A stretch of 46,310 nucleotides of DNA from a phage. The DNA lies in NCBI GenBank assembly GCA_012455605.1, contig GCA_012455605.1_3618.2, one strand, 5' to 3'. Position 1 is the first letter of the stretch. Every line of letters begins with the position of its first letter. A program made the translations under genes and the position numbers. Of this stretch, positions 9,740 through 18,933 are shown in pieces. The notes under the pieces are model-generated. The model was not told where the DNA came from. It searched no databases and saw nothing but the letters and a program-made list of their open reading frames with translations.

Positions 9740-10291
9740 ATGATTAGAGCGCCATTAGATAATTTATTTCTTGAAAAACTGGAGCTTGATGGTGTTGAGA
9801 TCTTGATTGCTGCAAAACTGGAGCTCCCGACAGGAACTGTCAGGGTGTGCTCAGGTACTGGTGTTGTAGTAATTGAGGGACAACATTTTATAGGGATAGG
9901 TGGATCAGCAACATTAACTGCTGTGTCTGAGAAAGATGCCACCAACTTCGGATCTGTGGTAGCAACATTAAACGGGTTTGATCCTAAGTATGTGGGTGAT
10001 CTGCTGAAGACGGAGTATTCTGGTTGTCGTGCCACGTTGTACATTACCGCTATGGAGAATGGTCTGCCTGTTACAACTAATGGCTTGTTTGACGGACTTA
10101 TAACAGATATGGCTATTCAGACGGGTGAGAATAGTGCTTTGTCCATATCCATCTCTTCCATCTTCAACAGTTGGTTAAGAGGTTTTCCTTATCGGTACAC
10201 GGAGGAAAGCCACAGCTCAAGAAACGATAATGACAGATTTTTTAAATATGTGGATCAGGTGGCGAGCCGCCCGATCATTTGGGAGGTTTAA
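9740..10291 (+). CDS. Tail tip assembly protein, unassigned
   Basis: Track start 9725 is TTG; ATG at 9740 with GAGGA upstream chosen. Stop overlaps next start (TAATG at 10289-10293). Confidence 0.4.
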   Translation: MIRAPLDNLFLEKLELDGVEILIAAKLELPTGTVRVCSGTGVVVIEGQHFIGIGGSATLTAVSEKDATNFGSVVATLNGFDPKYVGDLLKTEYSGCRATLYITAMENGLPVTTNGLFDGLITDMAIQTGENSALSISISSIFNSWLRGFPYRYTEESHSSRNDNDRFFKYVDQVASRPIIWEV

Positions 10292-10716
10292 TGAGCACGC
10301 ATCCTCGTCTAGTGGACTGGCAAGAAAGGTTGTGGAAAGTATTTGACGAAGAGGCAACCATACCTTTTGAATGGGGATTCCACGATTGTTGCACTTTTGC
10401 GGCTAAGTGTGTTGATGCCCAATACGGAACAGATTTTCTTTCTAACTTCGAAGGAACGTATAAAACAGAGTTGGAAAGCAAGAGATGGTGCATGCTCCGT
10501 TTCAAAACCACACACCTGCCTACTATTTTTGATCTCTTTATGACTCGGCTGGATACTCCTAAACAGGTTCAGCGTGGAGATATTGTCATTTTCGAAGGTC
10601 TGAACGGCCTCACCGCTGGTGTGTTCTGGAACAACCAGATTTGGGCGAAAGGTGATAAAGGGGTCTTTATGTTCGACATGAAAGATTCTATCGTTGTTGA
10701 TGTCTGGAGGTATTAA
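10291..10716 (+). CDS. Tail assembly protein, lambda gpK-like NlpC/P60-type cysteine peptidase domain
   Basis: ATG at 10291 (track TTG start at 10279 rejected), RBS GGGAGG. Motifs GFHDCCTF and GDIVIFEG...LTAGVFWNNQIWAKG resemble the C-terminal domain of lambda K. Immediately upstream of the J-like gene with TAATG overlap. Confidence 0.5.
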   Translation: MSTHPRLVDWQERLWKVFDEEATIPFEWGFHDCCTFAAKCVDAQYGTDFLSNFEGTYKTELESKRWCMLRFKTTHLPTIFDLFMTRLDTPKQVQRGDIVIFEGLNGLTAGVFWNNQIWAKGDKGVFMFDMKDSIVVDVWRY

Positions 10717-13700
10717 TGCCAATTGCAATGATTGATAACATCGTTGCTTCTGCAAGATCTTCAAGTTATGACTGGAACGCATCCAAGGCAGCTCTGGCTG
10801 ACAGCCTGAACACTGTGACCACCAGAACTTTGGATAAGATTTTTGAGGGCAACAAATCTTACAGAAGTCAGCAAGATAGACAAAAGCTTCTCAGATCTTC
10901 TGCTGCACCTTGCTCTGTAGTGTATGGAAAGACACGCACATCTGGATTGCTTGCGTTTTTGGAGCAGGATAGCGACAGAACCCTCCATTGTGCTATTGTT
11001 CTTGCCAATCACCCTCTGGAAGGTATAGAAGATATACTTATCGACGGTAATCCTATTTCCTCGTATGGAGATCTGGTATCGTGGGAGCTACATAACGACA
11101 GAAAAACATCTGATCCTTTCATGGGTACACACTGCCCATCATGGTCACCTGACATGATAGGTAGAGGGATCAGTTGGCTACGTGCCAGCTTCAGGTTTGA
11201 CCCTAACAAGTTTCCTTTTGGGTTGCCAAACGTTACACTCGTCAAGATTGGTAAAAAATGCTATGATCCTCGTATCAGTAAAGAGGTGTACACCAATAAC
11301 GCTGCCTTGGTGATCCTAGACTATTTAAGAACGTACCTTAAATGTCCTGACGAAACCATCAACTGGGAGTCCTTCAAGGAGGCTGCCAACATATGCGACG
11401 AGGCGGTAAAAAACGCAGACGGAACCAGTGAGCGCCGTTACACCATTAACGGTGAGTTTGACATGGATGAGGCCCCAGCAAGTATTATGGCAGAAATGCT
11501 GAAAGCTTGCGGTGCAGATCTTAGTTATGTTGCTGGTAAGTATGGTTTGCTGGTTGGTGCATACTATGGCCCAGCAACAATGACACTTAGTGAGGACTGT
11601 GTCTGTGGTGAGGTTAAGATCTATCCGGAAGCCTCATTTGACAAAAGATCCAACACAATAACTGGCAGATTCACTAGCCCGACCAAAGGGTATTCTGAAA
11701 CAGATTTTCCATCAGTGTTTGTCCCAGAGTGGATAGAGAAGGATGGAGAAAGAAAGATAATCGATATAGATTATCGCTTTGTTACCAGTCCTTATCAAGC
11801 TCAGCGTGTTTCTGCAATCTTCCTAAGACGTGCTAGAGCTGGCAGGATTATTGAAGTCACCTGCAATATGCGAGGTTTTAAATTTAAGCCTGGCCGTTAT
11901 GTTACAATGGACCTCCCAAGTATTGGTATCGTGGGCCAAGAAATGAGGGTTCTTGAATGGGAGTTCACCAAAAAGGGCGGTGTCAAGGTAAAACTTCGTC
12001 AAGATGCTAAAGAGTGGAATGATGCCACAGGGCAACTTCCGGATTCCGGCGATGTAGATATTCCGATATCCCCGTCCGGTGTAGCTCAGCCGCAAAACTT
12101 CAGATACTCCGTTCTCCAAGCTGGGGAAGTAACTCACGGTGTTTTGGCCTGGGACAACGTTGGGACTTACGCTCAAAATATTGTGCAGGTAAGAAAGAAC
12201 GGAGAGATTGTTTGGACAGCACAGACAGTTGAGCAGTTTGTCCGTGTTGAAGGTCTGACTAAAGGTTCCTACACAGCCACTGTTGTTGCAACATCTTATA
12301 AAGGTGGTGTATCTCCAGAAGCGTATTGTGAGTTTAACATTCAGGCACCTGAAGCTCCGGTTTCTGTAGAGGTTAAGCAAGGATACTTTGCTATCACCTT
12401 GATTCCGCATAGTAGGGATTTAGCAAGTGTTAGCACCCAGTATGACTTTTGGACATCCGGTATGACAAGGTTGCCCGACACCAGTGATGCAACCGTTACT
12501 TCAAACGCCACCCGTATGGGTGTTGGTTCAACTTGGACATCTGAAGGTCTGCAGAACGATAAGGTTTATTATTGGTATATTCGAACCACAAACGCTTTTG
12601 GTAGTTCTCAGTTTGTAGAATGCGCTGCACGCTGCTACACCTCTATTGAGGATTTGATGCCTCAGATAGATGCTGAATTCAAAAAGACAGAAACTTATAA
12701 AGAGTTGATGAGCACTTTGGATTCCTCTATTGAAGAGGTTGAAAATCGTGTCACAGAACTTAACAGGTACATGGATGGTAGGGTAGATGAGGCATTCCAG
12801 CAACTTGGAGACAGAATAGGTGCGGTAGTTACAGAGACAACTCAGAAGTTCGAGGATGTCAATGGCAATATCACAGCGCTGGATAGGAAACTTGTTGCTG
12901 CACAGAACAAGTTCACCAACGATCTGAACACTGAAAGTGGAAGATTGGCATCCCTGATTGAGACAACCAATAAAGCAACTACTGATCTTCTGAACAAAAA
13001 GACAGAGGCTTTAGATGAGAAATTGGTTGCCGCCAAAGGTGAGCTGGTAGAGCAGATAGAAGGAGTTGAGAGCGGGTATTTAGCCGGAGATAAAACTCTA
13101 GATGGTAAGATTAATACTCAGAGAACAGAACTTGACGCAAGCATCTTGAGCACTAACCAGGCCACTGTGGATCTTTTGAACAGGACATCTGAAACTCTGG
13201 ATCAAAAGATTAGTCAGACAAACGCGACGGTATCTAAAAACTATACCACCCTTGACGGCAAGATAACTACCGCAAAAACTGACCTCAACACCTTGATTGC
13301 CAATACCAACAAGGCCACCACTGACTTGTTGAATCAGAAAACATCTGCACTGTCAGAGCAGATAACTTCTGCACGTGGGGAGATTTCTACCAACAAGCAA
13401 GCGATTGATGCTTTGGATGGAAAACTGACCTCCACAAAAACAGCGCTGGATGCTACAATTTCCGATACCAATAAAGCCACTGTGGACCTTATCAACGGCA
13501 CAGCGTCAGCTATTCGTCAAGAACTTGCTGTTGCTAAGCAGGAGATCATTGATGATGTTGGGGATGTGTCTGAGATCAGGGCTGCAGTAGCTACAACATC
13601 TAAGGCTGTAACCGACTTAGAGGGTAAAGTAAATGCTCAATGGGGCACAAAAATACAGGTAGACTCCGCAGGGAATAAATATGTTGCAGGTATTCAGTTG

Positions 13701-14555
13701 GGGATGGAAGGGTCTGGAGGCCAAGTTCAATCCTACTTCATGGTTAGCGCAAACAATTTTGCGGTATACAACCCTGGCAATGGAACAGCAACCCTTGCTT
13801 TCGCAATCAAGAACAACCAAGCGTTCTTGAAAGACGCTTTTATAGAGAATGGCACGATCTCCTCTGCCAAGATTGCACAAGAAATTTCGTCAAACAACTA
13901 CGATGGCAACGGGTACCATAAATACGGTTGGTATATTAACAAGAACGGGCACGCCCAATTTATGGATGTGTGGGTGAAAGGCAACATCAACGCCAGTTCT
14001 GGTAACTTCACAGGGGCAGTTAACGCCACTAGTGGTACCTTCCGTGGGGATGTTTATGCCAATAATGGTAGCTTTAGAGGCACCATAGATGCAACCGGAG
14101 GTACCTTCCGTGGTCGTGTAGAAGCTTCTGTTATCCGCGCTAACCAGTTCGAAGGTGCAATTGTTGCACACAGGACTTACGGAGATTGTGCTCCAGTATA
14201 TAACTCCCAGCAAAGGGTTTGCCGTTGGAGGTGGAGATACGTAGATAACGTTTCAGGTCAGGGTAAGAACGTAACATTCTTCTTTAAACTGAATGGTACT
14301 CTTGCCAGCTCCCAGCTTAACGTTTGGATAGCCGGACATCAAATCCTTGCAGGTAAGAAGTACGGAAACGACAACAACGGCATGTGTGCGGTAGGGATAA
14401 CGGGTCTTGGTGAACAAACCATAGATATTGTTGTTGAAATCTACACACCATGGTCAACGTCTTCTGTAACAGGGGTCGCAATATCCTGTCCTACTGTTGT
14501 GGTAAGCCGTTCTAACTCTAGTTTCCAAGGACCTTGGAACGAGTCTCACGACTAA
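10716..14555 (+). CDS. Tip attachment / central tail fibre protein, lambda gpJ-like
   Basis: 1279 aa. Multiple segments co-linear with lambda J as recalled: NNAALVILDYL (vs NNMAWCLWDML), FN3-like region, GYFAITLIPH / YDFWTS / YYWYIRTTNAFGSSQFVE, KYVAGIQLGMEG...QSYFMVSANNFAVYNPGNG, C-terminal GxFxG repeats (SGNFTGAVNATSGTFRGDVYANNGSFRGTIDATGGTFRG). Confidence 0.8.
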   Translation: MPIAMIDNIVASARSSSYDWNASKAALADSLNTVTTRTLDKIFEGNKSYRSQQDRQKLLRSSAAPCSVVYGKTRTSGLLAFLEQDSDRTLHCAIVLANHPLEGIEDILIDGNPISSYGDLVSWELHNDRKTSDPFMGTHCPSWSPDMIGRGISWLRASFRFDPNKFPFGLPNVTLVKIGKKCYDPRISKEVYTNNAALVILDYLRTYLKCPDETINWESFKEAANICDEAVKNADGTSERRYTINGEFDMDEAPASIMAEMLKACGADLSYVAGKYGLLVGAYYGPATMTLSEDCVCGEVKIYPEASFDKRSNTITGRFTSPTKGYSETDFPSVFVPEWIEKDGERKIIDIDYRFVTSPYQAQRVSAIFLRRARAGRIIEVTCNMRGFKFKPGRYVTMDLPSIGIVGQEMRVLEWEFTKKGGVKVKLRQDAKEWNDATGQLPDSGDVDIPISPSGVAQPQNFRYSVLQAGEVTHGVLAWDNVGTYAQNIVQVRKNGEIVWTAQTVEQFVRVEGLTKGSYTATVVATSYKGGVSPEAYCEFNIQAPEAPVSVEVKQGYFAITLIPHSRDLASVSTQYDFWTSGMTRLPDTSDATVTSNATRMGVGSTWTSEGLQNDKVYYWYIRTTNAFGSSQFVECAARCYTSIEDLMPQIDAEFKKTETYKELMSTLDSSIEEVENRVTELNRYMDGRVDEAFQQLGDRIGAVVTETTQKFEDVNGNITALDRKLVAAQNKFTNDLNTESGRLASLIETTNKATTDLLNKKTEALDEKLVAAKGELVEQIEGVESGYLAGDKTLDGKINTQRTELDASILSTNQATVDLLNRTSETLDQKISQTNATVSKNYTTLDGKITTAKTDLNTLIANTNKATTDLLNQKTSALSEQITSARGEISTNKQAIDALDGKLTSTKTALDATISDTNKATVDLINGTASAIRQELAVAKQEIIDDVGDVSEIRAAVATTSKAVTDLEGKVNAQWGTKIQVDSAGNKYVAGIQLGMEGSGGQVQSYFMVSANNFAVYNPGNGTATLAFAIKNNQAFLKDAFIENGTISSAKIAQEISSNNYDGNGYHKYGWYINKNGHAQFMDVWVKGNINASSGNFTGAVNATSGTFRGDVYANNGSFRGTIDATGGTFRGRVEASVIRANQFEGAIVAHRTYGDCAPVYNSQQRVCRWRWRYVDNVSGQGKNVTFFFKLNGTLASSQLNVWIAGHQILAGKKYGNDNNGMCAVGITGLGEQTIDIVVEIYTPWSTSSVTGVAISCPTVVVSRSNSSFQGPWNESHD
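12948..13640 (+). repeat. In-frame tandem repeats (~55-60 aa unit, 4-5 copies) encoding a coiled-coil stalk inside the J-like gene
   Basis: Repeating peptide pattern xTNKATTDLLNxKTxALxExIxxAxxEIxxxxxxLDGKIxxxKTxLD (ETTNKATTDLLNKKTEAL / STNQATVDLLNRTSETL / NTNKATTDLLNQKTSAL / DTNKATVDLINGTASAI). Confidence 0.6.
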
Positions 14556-14564
14556 CCTTTAAAG

Positions 14565-14589
14565 CCCCGCTTCGGCGGGGTTTATTTTT
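14565..14589 (+). terminator. Intrinsic terminator (UUCG tetraloop hairpin)
   Basis: CCCCGC-TTCG-GCGGGG followed by TTTATTTTTA; identical 16-mer hairpin recurs at 40803. Confidence 0.8.
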
Positions 14590-14598
14590 ATGCTCAGA

Positions 14599-14627
14599 TT
14601 GACTATTGTTACAAAATTTGGTAAAAT
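14599..14627 (+). promoter_or_regulatory. sigma70-like promoter TTGACT-17-TGg-TAAAAT
   Basis: -35 TTGACT at 14599-14604, 17-nt spacer, extended -10 TGGTAAAAT at 14619-14627; about 35 nt upstream of GTG start of gene 14661. Confidence 0.65.
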
Positions 14628-14660
14628 ACCTTGTAGAGATTTTCATACCGGAGGAGTGAC

Positions 14661-16151
14661 GTGGCTAAGTATGGATTGACAGAGGCTGGTTTCGTTATAC
14701 CAACCCTAAATGACCTAATCGTTGAAACTAAGCAAAGCCTGATCCGTGCTTTTGGCGAAAACTTCAACGTACAGAGTAACTCCGTTGCAGATAAGCTGAC
14801 CACTATCTTCAACGAGCGAGAGTATCAACTTATTCTTATGGCAGCATCTGTATACGCATCACAGACGCTGTATGGGGCAGAAGGTATTTACCTGGATGAG
14901 CTTCTTGGAAGACAGGGTATTTACCGAAGAGGCCGTTCTAAATCATCAGGTACCTGCCAGTTGACAATCAACACAACTGTGCCGTACAATATGATTTATG
15001 ATTCCAAAACTTATACGCTGGACAGTGGCAACTTTGTTCTTAGCAACGATGTGCAAGTAGCAGGGAATCTTATTGCTCACAGAATAAATGCTCCAGACCT
15101 AAGGATTGGTAAATACAACTTTCAAATTACCAACCAGACAGATGGAAGTATCAAAACAAAAAGTCTGGTTTTAACAGATAAGTCTCTGGACTCTTCTGAT
15201 TTGCCAAGCTTTTACGGAGAGATTAAGCGATTCATTGTCGATAATACAACCCTGTTGAACGACGATTTGATTCAGGTCGATATGTTGACAGGAACGTTGT
15301 GGATAGGGTACAATTCGAATCTTGATCAAGTTGGACTTAATAGTAGAGTAGATTTCAGAGTATCCCCGATTGTAGGGGAAAGAACTATCACCCTGGATGT
15401 TATCGCTAACGAGGCTGGTGAGCTGTCAAGAGAGGCAGAAACCGTGACAACAATGTCACCTACCCCCAGTGGATTTATCAAGCTTACCAACCGAGAAAGA
15501 TTCAATGAGGGCAGGGATGTTGAGAAAGACTCAGAGTATCGCTTAAGAGCTTCCAGCACAAAACAGTTAACATCTAAGGCTACCCGTCCTGCAATCCTTA
15601 GCGCTGTAAGCGAGGTGAAAGGTGTTGAGAAAGTGAGGGTGTTCTCCAACAACACCGATAAAACTGATGCTAAAGGTATACCTCCTTACAAGTTCCAAGT
15701 GGTTGTGTTTGGTGGTGCAACGGAGGACATTTGCCAAGCACTTTACCAAACTATAGCCTGTACTAACAGGACTTATGGTAATATTTTCTACGATGTCACT
15801 ACATCTGATGGTCAAACTGAAAGAATTTATTACTCCAAGGCAAATACCTACCGCCTAGATGTAAGAATTACCTACTCCGGTGCCGCACTTTCCACAACCG
15901 AAAAAGATGCCATTGTAGAGGCTCTTTTGCAGGTTGTTAACGGACTGGATGTTGCAGATACGTTGTATAATATCCAATTGGTCGGCGCTGCATCTGCTGC
16001 TGTATCAATAGGCAGATTTAATAGACTGGTAATTCAAGTTAAACCAGTAGGAGCTTCTGATGAAGCTTACACTACAAACGATATTGTTGCGAACATGACC
16101 GAGGTGTTTGACCTCGACGAAAGTAATATAACTTTCCAACAAACTATTTAA
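14661..16151 (+). CDS. Baseplate wedge protein, Baseplate_J-like
   Basis: GTG start 5 nt after GGAGG. Position after W/tip genes and before I-like gene; segments such as YLDELLGRQGIYRRG and C-terminal ...TEKDAIVEALLQVVNGLDV are reminiscent of P2 gpJ-family proteins (recalled, not aligned). Confidence 0.5.
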   Translation: MAKYGLTEAGFVIPTLNDLIVETKQSLIRAFGENFNVQSNSVADKLTTIFNEREYQLILMAASVYASQTLYGAEGIYLDELLGRQGIYRRGRSKSSGTCQLTINTTVPYNMIYDSKTYTLDSGNFVLSNDVQVAGNLIAHRINAPDLRIGKYNFQITNQTDGSIKTKSLVLTDKSLDSSDLPSFYGEIKRFIVDNTTLLNDDLIQVDMLTGTLWIGYNSNLDQVGLNSRVDFRVSPIVGERTITLDVIANEAGELSREAETVTTMSPTPSGFIKLTNRERFNEGRDVEKDSEYRLRASSTKQLTSKATRPAILSAVSEVKGVEKVRVFSNNTDKTDAKGIPPYKFQVVVFGGATEDICQALYQTIACTNRTYGNIFYDVTTSDGQTERIYYSKANTYRLDVRITYSGAALSTTEKDAIVEALLQVVNGLDVADTLYNIQLVGAASAAVSIGRFNRLVIQVKPVGASDEAYTTNDIVANMTEVFDLDESNITFQQTI

Positions 16152-16162
16152 GGCGGCGAGAT

Positions 16163-16849
16163 ATGGCAGAGATTAAGTCGGATGTTAACCACATCCACAC
16201 TCTGCCAGATTTTGTTCAGGGAGGTCTTGACTACCTGCCTGGAGATTTTCTGGCTGAGAAGGTTAATTTGGTCACATTCTTAACCGTGTACCTTAAAAGG
16301 TTGGAGGATGTTGATAAGATGCTGGTAGGTTTGGCTGAAGGAAGATTGCTTAACAATGCCAGCGGAAGATACCTTGACGAAGTTGGTAATCAACTTGGTA
16401 TTCTTAGGAATGGACTTTCAGATGCTGATTTTCGTGCCACACTAATTATTCAGCAGGCCGCAGCATCAAGGGGCGGGACTCGCGAAGATGTCATCTCCAC
16501 CTTGCGACAATTGTTCGGAAGAGACAATTTCGATACGTGGAAAGGAGACAACTTCAGGTTTGACATAAATATTAGAAAAACTTGCTTTGACATATTGCAG
16601 TCTATCGATCAGATCTTAGATATGCTACCATTGCCTTGTCATTTGCGTCTTACAGAATCGCAAGGGCAAGCTTTTGGTTTTGAAGGGGACTCTACAGCTC
16701 TTGGCTTCGGATCAGTGTGGGAAGAAAACCAATTCGGAGTTGGTGGGCTGGCTACTTTGCTATATGTTCCTGACGTAAGACCTGATTGGGACACCACAAC
16801 CATTTATTGTGAAAGTATTACAGTAAACGCAACTAGACAGGAGGGTTAA
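16163..16849 (+). CDS. Baseplate protein, possibly gpI-like
   Basis: 228 aa, immediately downstream of J-like gene, stop overlaps next start (TAATG). Assignment is positional. Confidence 0.35.
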   Translation: MAEIKSDVNHIHTLPDFVQGGLDYLPGDFLAEKVNLVTFLTVYLKRLEDVDKMLVGLAEGRLLNNASGRYLDEVGNQLGILRNGLSDADFRATLIIQQAAASRGGTREDVISTLRQLFGRDNFDTWKGDNFRFDINIRKTCFDILQSIDQILDMLPLPCHLRLTESQGQAFGFEGDSTALGFGSVWEENQFGVGGLATLLYVPDVRPDWDTTTIYCESITVNATRQEG

Positions 16850-18921
16850 TGGCAACAGCTGTTTTTAAACCTTACCGTGATTACTCTACAATGGCTGCAC
16901 AGTTTCATTACCGAACAGTTCAGGATACTGCCGTTCCTGGTAGGGATTATAATCATGTTGAGGGCGATGTAACTATCCCAATTGGGGCAACCAGTATTGA
17001 GATCCCCGTGGAAATTGTTGACAAATTACCCAACAGGTTGCCAAGAAGCTTCTTTATGGAGTTTTCATCAAAATCTCAAGGGGTGATGATTGGAACACAA
17101 AGGGCGAAATGTACAATAGTTTCAGATGAGAATCTTGACAGGATATCTTGGGATACTGTTGAGGAGAGAATGTTTCACCCAAGGTATTGGGTTACAACTA
17201 CTCAGCAGACTGAAAGTACCTGTATTGTTGCAGATAACAACTGTTGTATTAACCGTTTAGTGTCAAGAACATATGGAGGTATGGCTGGGTGCATTTGGGA
17301 AACAGTTGACAAGTATGACCATTTCGGTATTGGGTTTGATGATCATTATGAGATGAGAAATACCAAGCTTTGGTTCAGAATGTCAATAACCAACGCCAGC
17401 AACTTCTCCACTCCTGAAAAGATGATTATGACTGTAGACCTTGTTGATGGCACAATCATCTATGTTCCTTTAGCTCAATATGCTGTCAGCATCTCAGAGG
17501 ATAAGAATGTTGCAGAAATTCATATTGATTTCGAGGACTGCGTCGGGATGGACCAGAACAACAATATGATGGGTGTTGATCCTCGACAGGTGAGAAGGAT
17601 TTTAATACCGCTTATGCCTAAAGATTGGGTAAGCAATAGCACAAACCCAAGAACGGAAAATGTAGAGTGTGAGTTACGCCTAGATCTGCTTCAGCCAGAC
17701 ACAGGCTGGAAAATGATGCAACTTAACAATATTCAGGTGAAAGAACACGACGTTGGGATCTGCACAGCATATGACGATATGTGGAACGTGTCTCCTTTAA
17801 GGGTGTTGAACAATATCAAGCGTCTGGGCTATACCGGAACCATAAACCATTATGTTGGTATGAGTCATTATTATGACTACACATGGTCAGGAACTCAATG
17901 GTCTATAAACAGAACAGGAGCGCTAAACGCTGCAGCTTATAAATGGCATGATGATTTTATGTACAATGCCAAACGACATAACTTCGACGTTATGCAATCT
18001 GTAAGTTTTGAGCTTTTCAGCGATGCCTGCCCGTTGGAATGGACCCAAAGAGACTGGAACGATAACTACGCTAAAACAGGGTATACACCTTGTAGCTACC
18101 TCCTGTCTCCAACCATTGAAGAGGGTATGAATTTCCTTACTGCAGTATTTAAGAATTTTGCATCAGCCGCTATGAGAAACAACCTGCCAGTGATTATGCA
18201 GGTTGGTGAACCGTGGTGGTGGTACAATACCGATACTCGTAGACCTTGTATTTATGATTACCCTACAAAGCAGGCGTTTTATGATGAGACAGGTGAGTAT
18301 GCATTAGATATTGGGACTATTGACGATCCTAAAACTGGCGGTGTTTACGACAAGTATGTAGCATTTTGTCGTGGTAAGCTTGGCGCTCGTATTGCGGCTA
18401 TTTCAAAGGCAATAAAGGCACACGCTGCATCAGCTCAGATGACAGCTTTGCTGTTTTTCCCAACCATCATGGAAACCGAGCTTACGCAAAAGCTGAACCT
18501 TGCTGACCAATATAAAAAGGAAGCAGGTGCTCTTGATTTCTTCTGCACCGAGTGCTACGATTGGGTGATGCAGGGAGGTATTGAAAAGGCAAAAGAGTCT
18601 GTAAACATACCTATCGTTAAGTTAGGTTGGCAACCGTCTGAAATACAATACCTTGCAGGGTTCGTTCCTAGTAAAGAGCTTGCTCCGGTATATGGCTACG
18701 ACCCAACCAGGAATTACCAAGAATTTTTATGGAGATGTATCTGCGGAAACATGGCAACCATAGAGTATAGATACCCTGAGGTAAAACAGTATGTGTGGGC
18801 ATACCCGCAAGTAATGTCTGACAGCATCACTGTTACAGCCAGAGATTCTACCGTGCTTCATATGGGGCAGGTTGCTCTGAAAGGGTATGTAGAAGATGTT
18901 GTCCCGCCAGACTTCTCATAA
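16849..18921 (+). CDS. Tail-associated protein with N-terminal Calx-beta-like domain
   Basis: 690 aa. N-terminal FHYRTVQDTAVPGRDYNHVEGDVTIPIGATSIEIPVEIVDK fits the Calx-beta pattern; remainder Trp/Tyr-rich, possibly carbohydrate-binding or hydrolase. Occupies the fibre (H) position after the I-like gene. Confidence 0.4.
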   Translation: MATAVFKPYRDYSTMAAQFHYRTVQDTAVPGRDYNHVEGDVTIPIGATSIEIPVEIVDKLPNRLPRSFFMEFSSKSQGVMIGTQRAKCTIVSDENLDRISWDTVEERMFHPRYWVTTTQQTESTCIVADNNCCINRLVSRTYGGMAGCIWETVDKYDHFGIGFDDHYEMRNTKLWFRMSITNASNFSTPEKMIMTVDLVDGTIIYVPLAQYAVSISEDKNVAEIHIDFEDCVGMDQNNNMMGVDPRQVRRILIPLMPKDWVSNSTNPRTENVECELRLDLLQPDTGWKMMQLNNIQVKEHDVGICTAYDDMWNVSPLRVLNNIKRLGYTGTINHYVGMSHYYDYTWSGTQWSINRTGALNAAAYKWHDDFMYNAKRHNFDVMQSVSFELFSDACPLEWTQRDWNDNYAKTGYTPCSYLLSPTIEEGMNFLTAVFKNFASAAMRNNLPVIMQVGEPWWWYNTDTRRPCIYDYPTKQAFYDETGEYALDIGTIDDPKTGGVYDKYVAFCRGKLGARIAAISKAIKAHAASAQMTALLFFPTIMETELTQKLNLADQYKKEAGALDFFCTECYDWVMQGGIEKAKESVNIPIVKLGWQPSEIQYLAGFVPSKELAPVYGYDPTRNYQEFLWRCICGNMATIEYRYPEVKQYVWAYPQVMSDSITVTARDSTVLHMGQVALKGYVEDVVPPDFS

Positions 18922-18933
18922 TCAGGAGATAAA

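Noticed and set aside
9725-10290. Track start codons at TTG/GTG positions (e.g. 9725, 10279, 31727, 35583, 36639, 37612, 37883)
   Set aside because: The ORF track takes the longest ORF with alternative starts; in these cases a downstream ATG has a properly spaced Shine-Dalgarno and/or the longer version overlaps the upstream gene, so the ATG was preferred.
5233-14555. Possible diversity-generating retroelement (repeats inside fibre genes could be template/variable repeat pairs)
   Set aside because: No reverse transcriptase-like ORF anywhere in the window, and the internal repeats are too diverged at the nucleotide level and in-frame tandem, unlike TR/VR pairs that are near-identical except at adenines.
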